Shown in pieces: positions 27,503-35,581 of a stretch of 41,958 nt of DNA. Source of the stretch: an uncultured Planctomycetaceae bacterium (GTDB lineage: Bacteria > Planctomycetota > Planctomycetia > Pirellulales > UBA1268); contig CAIWZS010000033.1 of the NCBI GenBank assembly GCA_903917235.1, positions 1 to 41,958 on the forward strand, read 5' to 3'. Below the pieces are notes generated by a model. It saw only the letters and a list, made by a program, of their open reading frames with translations, was not told the DNA's origin and made no database searches. The position numbers were made by a program, and so were the translations under genes. How positions within the stretch are numbered: the first letter of the stretch is position 1; every line of letters begins with the position of its first letter.

Positions 27503-28057
27503 ATGCCATTCTCCGAGGACCATGACGACGCGCTCGAGGGCTTCCTGATGGAGCGGCTCGCGGGCGTTGGCCCGCATGACCGCTGGATGCGGCTGGCACT
27601 CGAGGAGGCGCGGGCGGCGGCGGAAGCGGACGAGGTGCCGGTCGGTGCGGTGGTGGTCGCCGGCGGCCGGGTGATCGCCGCGGCGCACAATCAGCGGGAG
27701 CAGCTGCTCGACCCGACCGCGCATGCCGAGATGATCGCCCTGACGCAGGCGGCCGCGGCGCTCGGCTCGTGGCGGCTGGAGGGCTGCACGCTCTACGTCA
27801 CGCTGGAGCCGTGCCCGATGTGTGCCGGTGCGATCCTGCAGGCTCGCGTGCCGCGTGTCGTCTGGGGCGCACCCGATCCCAAGGCCGGTGCGGTCGAGTC
27901 GCTCTACCGACTCTTCGAGGATGCACGACTCAACCATCGCGTCGAGCACGTCGGCCGCGTGCTGGCCGACGAATGCGGCGGGGTGCTCACCGAGTTCTTC
28001 CGCGGCAAGCGCCTCGCACGCCCTGATCGCACCGGTGTGCCCGAGGACCACGAGTGA
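27503..28057 (+). CDS. tadA: tRNA adenosine(34) deaminase
   Basis: [61 protein letters not shown]; TAGAAT ends 8 nt before the ATG. Confidence 0.95.
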   Translation: MPFSEDHDDALEGFLMERLAGVGPHDRWMRLALEEARAAAEADEVPVGAVVVAGGRVIAAAHNQREQLLDPTAHAEMIALTQAAAALGSWRLEGCTLYVTLEPCPMCAGAILQARVPRVVWGAPDPKAGAVESLYRLFEDARLNHRVEHVGRVLADECGGVLTEFFRGKRLARPDRTGVPEDHE

Positions 28058-28187
28058 CGTGCGGCCGGTTCTCGACGCGACCCTGCGGCAGCGGGCGGAC
28101 GAGAGGGAATCGGGCGAGAACGCTCAGGCGATGCCGGTCAGACGAGGCCGGTTCGGCGATTGAGGGCGCTCAGACGCATGGGACCGG

Positions 28188-28820
28188 TCAGACAAGACCG
28201 CGACGAACCGCCCACACGGCGGCCTGCGTGCGGTCGCTCACGGCGATCTTCCGGAGGATGTTCTGCACGTGTTCCTTCACGGTCTCGACGCTGATCGTCA
28301 GCGATTGCGCGATCTCCTTGTTTGAGAGACCGAGCGCCATGTGCCGCAGCACCTGGGTCTCCCGCTGGGTGAGCGGGATGTCCGGGTCGGGCACCGCGAC
28401 GCGGTTCGCCATCGTCGTCGCCACGCGTCGCAGCTCGCCCGCACGCATCGGGAGCTGTCCGGCCGCGGCACCCGTGATGGAGGTGATCAGTTCCGCCCGG
28501 GTGCAGCCCTTGAGCATGTAGTCGTGGGCCCCGGCGGCGACCGCGCGGGCCACGTAGGTGGGATTGTCGAACGTGGAGAGCATCACGCAGCGCACGCCCG
28601 GCATGTCATTGCGGATTTTCTCGAGCGCGGAGAGCCCGTCCTTGCCCGCCATGCGGATGTCGAGCAGCACGACGTCGGGCTTGAACTTCTTGGTGAGTTT
28701 GACCGCCTCGTCCCCGCTGGCAGCCTCACCGACGATCTTGATTTCGGACCCGGCAAGCAGACTCACCAGCCCGCGGCGAACCACCTCGTGATCATCCGCA
28801 ATGACAACTTTGATCGACAT
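28188..28820 (-). CDS. NarL/FixJ-family response regulator (receiver plus LuxR HTH)
   Basis: VVIADDHEVVRRGL, PDVVLLDIRM, MLSTF, YMLKG, LTQRETQVLRHMALGLSNKEIAQSLTISVETVKEHVQNILRKI; GGAG RBS before ATG 28820. Confidence 0.96.
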   Translation of the reverse strand: MSIKVVIADDHEVVRRGLVSLLAGSEIKIVGEAASGDEAVKLTKKFKPDVVLLDIRMAGKDGLSALEKIRNDMPGVRCVMLSTFDNPTYVARAVAAGAHDYMLKGCTRAELITSITGAAAGQLPMRAGELRRVATTMANRVAVPDPDIPLTQRETQVLRHMALGLSNKEIAQSLTISVETVKEHVQNILRKIAVSDRTQAAVWAVRRGLV

Positions 28821-28883
28821 GACAACTCCAAGTCCGCCAGGGCACAGGTGATCGCGTCGCCCGATCACGCATCCAGCCGGCGA

Positions 28884-28985
28884 ATGCTAGTGGCTCCAAT
28901 GTTTTTCCGCAAACGAAAACCCGCCACCCGGACTCGCGGCAGCAACACGATACCCAATCATAGGGATTCACTCGTTCGTTGTCCG
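28884..28985 (-). promoter_or_regulatory. Two tandem sigma70-type promoters for the NarL-type regulator
   Basis: Minus strand TTGCGG(28912-28907)-N17-TAGCAT(28889-28884) and CGGACA(28985-28980)-N17-TATGAT(28962-28957) in an AT-enriched spacer. Confidence 0.5.
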
Positions 28986-28992
28986 GCGCGGC

Positions 28993-29991
28993 TTACGCTT
29001 TCGTCACGCCGGTGACGTCGGGGCCACCGTCGGGGCGCGTGGCAGACGCCGCGGTGTCGCGCATCCTCGCCAGCATGCCCTCCGCCCCGCGGCCCACGAG
29101 CACCGCCGCCACGCGGGCCCCGAGTCCCTCCGGCGATTCATCCTGGTCGCGCACGTCTTCCTCGACCACGAGTCGTGAGACTGTCTGCCCCGCCATCTCG
29201 AGGACACATGCGCCGAGTGCGAGTTTCCCGGTGGCCGTCCCGCGGGACCAGGCTGCGATCGGGGCGAGACATCCGCCGGCGAGCGCCGCAAGGCATGCGC
29301 GCTCCGCGCGAACGGCACGGTGGGTCGGCGGATCGTCGAGCGGCAGGACCGCTGCGTGGGCCCGTCGATCGGCCGCGCGAATCTGGATGGCCAGCGCGCC
29401 CTGTCCGACCGCCGGCCAGAAGCGGGGCGGTTGCAGTATTTCGGTGATCCGCCCGACGAGACCGAGCCGTTCGAGGCCTGCACCGGCGAGGATGATCGCA
29501 TCGTAGTCGCCGGCATCGAGTCGACGCAGTCGCGTGTCGACGTTGCCGCGCAGGGGCCGCACCACGACGTCGGGCCGCGCCCCGAGCACCTGGGCCACCC
29601 GTCGCACGCTCGATGTCCCCACCACCGCGCCGGAGCGCAGGCTCTCCAGCGTGAGCCCGGCGGAGCCTGTGACGAGGACGTCGAACGGCAGGGCCCGCAG
29701 CGGCACGGCAGCGATCTCGAGGCCGGGGGTGGCCGCCGTGGGCACGTCCTTGAGGCTGTGCACGGCGACGTCGATGCGGTCGTCGAGGAGCGCCTGCTCG
29801 AGTTCGCGGACGAACACGCCGTCACCACCGAACCGATGGATCGGCGTGTCCTGACGCAGGTCACCGCGGGTGCTGACCTCCACGATGGCCACGTCTTCGG
29901 TCCACGTCCGCAGGCGCTCGGCCACCCAGCCGGTTTGCGTGAGCGCCAGCTGGCTCGCTCGGGTGCCGATGCGGAGGGGTTCGGTCGCCAT
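28993..29991 (-). CDS. hemC: Hydroxymethylbilane synthase (porphobilinogen deaminase)
   Basis: LRIGTRASQLALTQ, STRGD, GVFVRELEQALL, AVHSLKDVP, VVGTSSVRR, LRGNVDTRL, PAVGQGAL, RAERACLAALAGGC (cofactor Cys); GGAG RBS. Confidence 0.97.
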   Translation of the reverse strand: MATEPLRIGTRASQLALTQTGWVAERLRTWTEDVAIVEVSTRGDLRQDTPIHRFGGDGVFVRELEQALLDDRIDVAVHSLKDVPTAATPGLEIAAVPLRALPFDVLVTGSAGLTLESLRSGAVVGTSSVRRVAQVLGARPDVVVRPLRGNVDTRLRRLDAGDYDAIILAGAGLERLGLVGRITEILQPPRFWPAVGQGALAIQIRAADRRAHAAVLPLDDPPTHRAVRAERACLAALAGGCLAPIAAWSRGTATGKLALGACVLEMAGQTVSRLVVEEDVRDQDESPEGLGARVAAVLVGRGAEGMLARMRDTAASATRPDGGPDVTGVTKA

Positions 29992-30023
29992 GGGCAACTC
30001 CGTGCTGGACGGGCGGGAGCCGG

Positions 30024-30824
30024 TCAGGAATCCTCGTCACGGTCGGCCCGCGCGACCACGGCAGCGTACACCGCCGCGGCGCCGCCGGCGGTGGCCGCGG
30101 CGGCGGAGGCGAGGAGCGTCGAACCCGTCGTCGTCACGTCGTCCACGAGCAGGAGCCGCCGGCCCGCCACGCGTCGCCCCGCCCGGAAGGCACCGTGCAC
30201 ATTCGCGCGCCGCTCCTCCCAGGGCAGCTCGTTCTGCATGCGCGTCGCCCGTCGTCGCCGCAGGGCCGCGGCCCAGGGCAAGCCCAGTCCGGCCCCGACC
30301 CAGCGAGCCAGTTCGTCCGCGGCGCTCGTGCCGCGCAGGCATCTGCGCAGCCAGTGCATCGGGATGGGCACGACGAGGTCCACAGCCCATCCGTGCAGCA
30401 CGTCGCGGTGCCGATCGACCAGCAGTCGGGCGAGGCCCGCTGCGACGAGCCGTCCGGCGGGCCGCTTGGTCCGCAGCACCTGCTCGCGGAGGCTCGCGTC
30501 GTACGCACCGAGCACGACGAGGCCTTCGAGCGGGCCACCTGCGCGGCGTGCGCACCTGTCACAGCGGGTGCTGACGCCGCCCGCCTCGAAGGGATCGGCG
30601 ACCGGCGTAGCGGGGAGCGGTGCGGCGCAGCGGATGCACCGCGGCCGATCGCCTGACAGGAGCCGGCGGCACGCGTCGCAGACGAGAGCCCCTGATCCGG
30701 ACGCCGACCGGTCGCATGGGGTGGGCTCCATGTCGCAGACCGAGCAGCGCGGCGGGTAGAGAAGGTCGAGCCCGTGACGGGCCCATCCGCTGGCGCCGCG
30801 GCGGAAGGTTTCGATCCAGGTCAT
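30024..30824 (-). CDS. ComF family protein (double zinc ribbon plus phosphoribosyltransferase-like domain)
   Basis: LLYPPRCSVC, VCDAC, RCIRC, RCDRC; VVPIPMH; ERRANVHGAF; LLLVDDVTTTGSTL. Confidence 0.9.
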   Translation of the reverse strand: MTWIETFRRGASGWARHGLDLLYPPRCSVCDMEPTPCDRSASGSGALVCDACRRLLSGDRPRCIRCAAPLPATPVADPFEAGGVSTRCDRCARRAGGPLEGLVVLGAYDASLREQVLRTKRPAGRLVAAGLARLLVDRHRDVLHGWAVDLVVPIPMHWLRRCLRGTSAADELARWVGAGLGLPWAAALRRRRATRMQNELPWEERRANVHGAFRAGRRVAGRRLLLVDDVTTTGSTLLASAAAATAGGAAAVYAAVVARADRDEDS

Positions 30825-30980
30825 GTGGTTCGGATTGACCGGGCGGCCGCGCCTCCCACCGGGGACACCACGATTGACGCTCTCCGGGGGTCCGGCCTAC
30901 CCTCCGCGGCCCTCACGGCCGACCCCCCACATGGTCGGTCCACGGGTCCCGCCGTCAAGTCGCCGTCCGCGCCGCCGCCC

Positions 30981-32111
30981 ATGCTCATCGACCGCTACAT
31001 CACCAGGGCGATGATCCACGCCTTCGTGGTCGTGTTCGTGAGCCTTGCCGGCCTCTACTTCGTGTTCGACGCCTTCACGAACATGGAGGAGTTCATCTCG
31101 CACGCGGCCGAGGCGGGCGGGCTCGCGCGGGTGCTCGGTGCGTACTACGGGTGCCGGCTGATCTGGTTTTTCGACGCGACCAGCCCGGTCATCGCGCTGG
31201 CCAGCGCGATGTTCGCCATCTCGTGGCTGGAGCGACATAATGAGCTCACGGCGCTGCTGGCAGCCGGCGTGAGCCGCTGGCGCATCGCGCGGCCGATCCT
31301 GGTCGTGGCCGCCGTGGTCGCCCTCGCGGCGGCCGTGAGCCGTGAGGTCGTCCTGCCCCGCATCCGTCAGGCGTTCGCCCGCAATGCGCAGAATCTGCGC
31401 GGGGACGTGCCCCAGCCGTTCGATGCCCGCTACGACCATCGCACCGACATCCTCTTCCGCGGCCGATCGGCCCTGGCCGCATCCAGTCGCATCGACTCCC
31501 CCAGCCTGCTCATGCCGCCGCAGTTTTCGGACCTCGGGCCTCAGATCGACGCGGCCGAGGCATTCTGGCGTGCCGCCGACACCCACCACCCCGCCGGCTA
31601 CCTGCTCGTCGGTGTGCGCGAACCGCCCGACATCGATCGCTGTGCATCGCTCGTGCGGGGTGGCCGCACGATCGTGGAGACCCCGTCGGGCAGCGCGTGG
31701 CTCGAGCCCGGGCAGTGCTTCGTGGCGAGCGACGTCACGTTCGAACAGCTGATCGGTTCGACGAATTGGAGCCAGTATTCGGCGACGACGGAACTCGTGG
31801 CGGCGATCCGCAACCCGAGCCTCGGCGTGGGAGCCGACATCCCCCTGCGGGTGCACGCCCGCGTCGTCGCTCCGCTGCTGGACATGGCACTGGTGATGCT
31901 GGGCGTCCCGCTCGTGCTGGGGCCGGGAAGGCGGGGCATCTTCGTCGCCGTCGGGCTGTGCGTCTCGATGACGCTGCTCTTCTTCATCGTGGTGTTCGGG
32001 TCGCACGCGCTCGCGTCGGCCGACATCCTCGGGCCGTCGCTCGCCGCGTGGACCCCGCTCCTCGCGCTGACGTCACTCGCCGCGTGGCGCGCGCAGCCTC
32101 TCTGGCAGTGA
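30981..32111 (+). CDS. LptF/LptG family LPS export permease
   Basis: MLIDRYI start; 3 TM + periplasmic domain + 3 TM; RHNELTALLAAGVSRWRI; LAAWTP at the C-terminus. Confidence 0.9.
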   Translation: MLIDRYITRAMIHAFVVVFVSLAGLYFVFDAFTNMEEFISHAAEAGGLARVLGAYYGCRLIWFFDATSPVIALASAMFAISWLERHNELTALLAAGVSRWRIARPILVVAAVVALAAAVSREVVLPRIRQAFARNAQNLRGDVPQPFDARYDHRTDILFRGRSALAASSRIDSPSLLMPPQFSDLGPQIDAAEAFWRAADTHHPAGYLLVGVREPPDIDRCASLVRGGRTIVETPSGSAWLEPGQCFVASDVTFEQLIGSTNWSQYSATTELVAAIRNPSLGVGADIPLRVHARVVAPLLDMALVMLGVPLVLGPGRRGIFVAVGLCVSMTLLFFIVVFGSHALASADILGPSLAAWTPLLALTSLAAWRAQPLWQ

Positions 32112-32350
32112 GCGGCGGGCCCAGCCGGTGGCCGGCGGCCCGACCGAACCCCGTGTCGGCCGGAAGCCTCGCGGCTTGCTCGACCGGCCCGAATGCCCTG
32201 GCCGTCACGGTCTTCGGCATCGTTCTTCTTTTGCCAAGCCTTTTTTCTCCACCCGGACTGCCCCGTCTGCCGAAAGAACATCCGGGCGGACGCGGGTTCG
32301 CCTGGAGCGGGCCACTGGGGCCCGGACCGGCGGACGGGAGTCCGCGCGGC

Positions 32351-32368
32351 GGCGGGATCCGTCCCGCC
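32351..32368 (+). other. 7-bp hairpin in the fliW leader
   Basis: GGCGGGA-TCCG-TCCCGCC, about 18 nt upstream of the AAGGAG RBS. Confidence 0.35.
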
Positions 32369-32400
32369 AGGGATCACGAGGGCAAAGGAGTGCCACAGCC

Positions 32401-32844
32401 ATGATGCGAATCACGACCACACGCTTCGGACGGATCGACGTCGCTCCAGGTGACGTCCTGCACTTCCCCAGCGGACTGCCCGGCCTCGAGGACTGCCGCT
32501 CGTGGGCACTCCTCGCCGACTCGACCAACGACGCGCTGGGGTGGCTCCAGAGCACGACCCGCGGCGATGTGGCCCTGGCGGTCGTCAGTCCGCGCCGCTT
32601 CGTCCCCGACTACCAGGTGCGGATTCCGCGGAGCGAACTGAGCCCGCTCGCGATCGGCGACATGCGGCAGGCGCAGGTCGTCGTGGTGGTCGGCACGAAC
32701 GGCACGAACCTCACGCTCAATCTCAAGGCGCCAATCGTCATCAACCTCGAAACCCGCACCGGCCGTCAGGTCGTTGCACGTGGCGAGCTGGCGCTCGATT
32801 ACGAACTGTCGAACGACCGTCCCCGCCTCAAAAAGAGTGCATAA
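32401..32844 (+). CDS. fliW: Flagellar assembly factor / CsrA antagonist FliW
   Basis: [46 protein letters not shown]; AAGGAG RBS; directly upstream of csrA. Confidence 0.93.
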   Translation: MMRITTTRFGRIDVAPGDVLHFPSGLPGLEDCRSWALLADSTNDALGWLQSTTRGDVALAVVSPRRFVPDYQVRIPRSELSPLAIGDMRQAQVVVVVGTNGTNLTLNLKAPIVINLETRTGRQVVARGELALDYELSNDRPRLKKSA

Positions 32845-32903
32845 TCAATGGTGCGGCCGGCAGGAAACTGCCCGTGCACCAGTCGGTATGGAAGGAGCCA
32901 GCC

Positions 32904-33179
32904 ATGCTCGTACTCTCCAGACAACGTGACGAAAGCATCATGATCGGCGACTCGATCGTCGTCACGATCGTGGACATCCGGGGAGACAAGGTCCGCCTCG
33001 GCATCAATGCACCCGCCGAGATTCCCGTCCACCGCCAGGAGGTGTACGAGGCGATCCAACGCGAGAACCTCCGGGCGGCTCAGCTGCAGCCGGGCGACAC
33101 GCGGGACATCGGGAAGTTCGCGGGCCGCGGCACCGCCGGGCAGCCCCAGCGGCCGCCGGAGAATCCTCGCCGGCCGTGA
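32904..33179 (+). CDS. csrA: Carbon storage regulator CsrA with C-terminal extension
   Basis: [15 protein letters not shown]...[25 protein letters not shown]; AAGGAG RBS. Confidence 0.97.
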   Translation: MLVLSRQRDESIMIGDSIVVTIVDIRGDKVRLGINAPAEIPVHRQEVYEAIQRENLRAAQLQPGDTRDIGKFAGRGTAGQPQRPPENPRRP

Positions 33180-33383
33180 TCGCCTGTCCGTGATCGGCTG
33201 GTGGCGTTCGCCTAGTCGTGTTCGCCCGGCGGATGAGGCGTCGGGGAAGGCTGCGGGGAGTGCGGAGTCCGCGTCGGCGGGCGGCGGCACCTCGCCCCGG
33301 TTTCGCCATTGATCCGGTCAAGCCGGTCGCCCATCATCGCGTGCGTCGCAGCGAAGGCTCGATGCACCAGGGAGGGTGATCGG

Positions 33384-35411
33384 ATGACGCGCTCAGGCGG
33401 GCGGTGGGGATACGTTCGCGAACTCGGGGCCGCCGTGCTCATCGTCGGCGCCTGCCTTGCCTGGCGTGCCACGCGGCCGGATCCGCTCGCCGTGGCCACG
33501 CCCCCCTCGACCCGTGCGACAGCCGCGAAGCCTGCCAAGGTGGCCGTGGCGGTGGATGCGGAGCAACGTCCGGTCGCGCTCGTCAACGGCGTCGAGATCA
33601 CGCAGGGCCGCCTCGCCACGGAGTGCCTGTCGCGGCACGGCGCGACCGTCCTCGAGACGATGGTCAATCGCCGGATCATCGAGCAGGCGTGCCGGCGTGC
33701 GGGCGTCACGATCAGCGCGGCCGACGTGGATGCCGAGATCGACGTCATGGCCCGGCGGTTCAGCCTCCCACGGGACAAATGGCTCGATCTGATCCGGCAG
33801 GAGCGCGGGGTCACCGAGCGGCAGTATGCGGACGACATCGTGTGGCCGATGCTCGCGCTGCGGCGTCTGGCCAGCGCGGCGATCGAGCCGACGCCGGAAG
33901 ACCTGCAGCAGTCGTTCGAGCAGCAGTTCGGTCCGGCGGTCAAGGCCCGCATCGTCGTGCTGCGGACGCGCGGTGAGGCGGAGGAGGTGCGCCGGCTCGC
34001 GGTCGCGGCCCCCGACGAGTTTCCCAGCCTCGCCCGCACGCGCTCCATCGACGTGGGGAGCGCGAGCGCCAACGGCTGGGTGCAGCCCATTCGCCTCCAC
34101 TCCGGTGAGCCGCAGTTCGACCATGCCGCCTTCTCGCTCCGTCCCGGTGAGATCTCCCAGGTCGTCCAGGTGGCCGATCAGTTCATCGTGATCAAGTGCG
34201 AGGGGCACCTCCCGGCCGACACCGTCACCTTCGACTCGGTCCGCGAGCGACTGGCCGCGGAACTCCGCGATCAGAAGAGCCGACAGGCCTCCACCGACTT
34301 CTTCCGCCGCCTGCAGGACGCGGCGACGGTCGAGAACGTGCTCAACGATCCGGATCGCGGGACCGCCACCGAGGATGTCGCGGCCCGCGTGAACGGGGAG
34401 CCAGTGCCGCTGGCCGACGTGCGGGCGGCATGCCTCGACCGGCACGGCCTCGACGTCCTCGAGGTGCTCATCTCGCGCGCGCTCATCGAGCAGGCGCTGG
34501 CCCGCAGCCAGCTCACCGTCGTGAAGGCCGATCTCGACGCCGAGATCACCCGGGCAGCCGAATCGCTCGGGTTCCGTCGCGCCGACGGCACTGCCGACGT
34601 GGAAGCGTGGATGCAGCGCGTCACGCGCGACGAGAAGATTCCGATGCGTCACTACCTCGACGACGTCGTCTGGCCGACGGTCGCACTGAAGAAGCTCGTG
34701 GGCAGCGTGCCGGTCACCGACGAGGACCTCCAGCGGGCTCACGAGGCGACGTTCGGCCCGCGGGCGCGGTGCCGCATCGTCGTTCTCGACAACCAGCGGC
34801 GGGCCCAGGAGGTGTGGCAGCTCGCCCGGCAAAACCCGACCTCCGAGCACGTGGGTGCGCTGGCCGAGCAGTACTCGGTCGATCCCACGAGCCGCGCGCT
34901 CCGCGGCGAGGTGCCGCCGATCCGGCGCTACGGGGGCCAGCCGACGCTCGAGCGCGAGGCGTTCGCACTTGATCCGGGCGAGTTGTCGGGCGTCGTGCAG
35001 GTGGCCGACCGATTCATGATCATCTTCCGGGAGGGTTCGACGGAGGCCGCCGCGGTCACGCTCGCCGAGGCGCGCAGCGAGCTCTACGCCGACATCCTGG
35101 AAAAGAAGCAGCGGATCCAGATGTCGCGGCATTTCGTGCACCTGCGGGAAAGTGCGGCGATCGACAATATGCTCGCCGGCACGAGCCAGTCGCCCGTGAA
35201 GCCCGCGGTGGGCGGAGCCGCCGGGCCCGACATGCCCGGCGCCGTGCTGGACCGGCTGCCGCGTGAGGCCTCCGCACCGCGGGCCGGGAGCCGTCGTGCC
35301 GCGGATGCCGCGGGACAGGGTGTCGTGCCTGCGGGATTCGAGGCCCCAGGCGGCGCGGCCCCCCAGCCACCGTCCGGGCCCCGTTCGGCGACGGGGCCAA
35401 TCCGGCGCTGA
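33384..35411 (+). CDS. Membrane-anchored peptidyl-prolyl isomerase/chaperone with tandem-duplicated SurA/PpiC modules
   Basis: N-terminal TM. Two homologous halves: VALVNGVEIT/AARVNGEPVP; FGPAVKARIVV/FGPRARCRIVV; LARTRSID/LAEQYSVD; AFSLRPGEISQVVQVADQF/AFALDPGELSGVVQVADRF. Confidence 0.9.
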   Translation: MTRSGGRWGYVRELGAAVLIVGACLAWRATRPDPLAVATPPSTRATAAKPAKVAVAVDAEQRPVALVNGVEITQGRLATECLSRHGATVLETMVNRRIIEQACRRAGVTISAADVDAEIDVMARRFSLPRDKWLDLIRQERGVTERQYADDIVWPMLALRRLASAAIEPTPEDLQQSFEQQFGPAVKARIVVLRTRGEAEEVRRLAVAAPDEFPSLARTRSIDVGSASANGWVQPIRLHSGEPQFDHAAFSLRPGEISQVVQVADQFIVIKCEGHLPADTVTFDSVRERLAAELRDQKSRQASTDFFRRLQDAATVENVLNDPDRGTATEDVAARVNGEPVPLADVRAACLDRHGLDVLEVLISRALIEQALARSQLTVVKADLDAEITRAAESLGFRRADGTADVEAWMQRVTRDEKIPMRHYLDDVVWPTVALKKLVGSVPVTDEDLQRAHEATFGPRARCRIVVLDNQRRAQEVWQLARQNPTSEHVGALAEQYSVDPTSRALRGEVPPIRRYGGQPTLEREAFALDPGELSGVVQVADRFMIIFREGSTEAAAVTLAEARSELYADILEKKQRIQMSRHFVHLRESAAIDNMLAGTSQSPVKPAVGGAAGPDMPGAVLDRLPREASAPRAGSRRAADAAGQGVVPAGFEAPGGAAPQPPSGPRSATGPIRR

Positions 35412-35581
35412 GGATCGCGGCTGAGGATCGCGGCAGGACGCGCTCAGCACGCGCGGAGATCGGCGTCCGCCGGGAGGGGTAAAATGGTGTGTCGGTCCTG
35501 ATCACCAGGACCGTTTTCGACCACCAGGACATCGATCGCGTGCGTCGCACCAGGATTGACCGGCGGCGCATCCCCTCCGGA
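35407..35581 (+). promoter_or_regulatory. Cluster of CsrA-type GGA motifs: 13-bp tandem repeat, three CACCAGGA copies, GCAGGA hexaloop; internal -10 TAAAAT
   Basis: GCTGAGGATCGCG x2 (35407-35432); AGGA at 35411, 35424, 35435; CACCAGGA at 35503, 35522, 35548; TAAAAT at 35480-35485; inverted repeat CGGTCCTG-N5-CAGGACCG (35493-35513). Confidence 0.55.

Noticed and set aside
28801-28827. ATGACAACT direct repeat across the regulator start codon
   Set aside because: One copy is coding (KVVI) and the other is the RBS/start; plausible coincidence.
23588-29991. hemG and hemC as a heme biosynthesis cluster linked to the DUF1592 cytochrome
   Set aside because: Opposite strands with unrelated genes between them; no evidence of shared regulation.
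30024-30824. ComF as evidence of natural competence
   Set aside because: ComF-family proteins are widespread in non-competent bacteria and no other com or pilus gene is present.
35407-35432. 13-bp tandem repeat as a CRISPR or mini-array
   Set aside because: Only two contiguous copies, no spacers and no cas genes; treated instead as part of the GGA-motif cluster.
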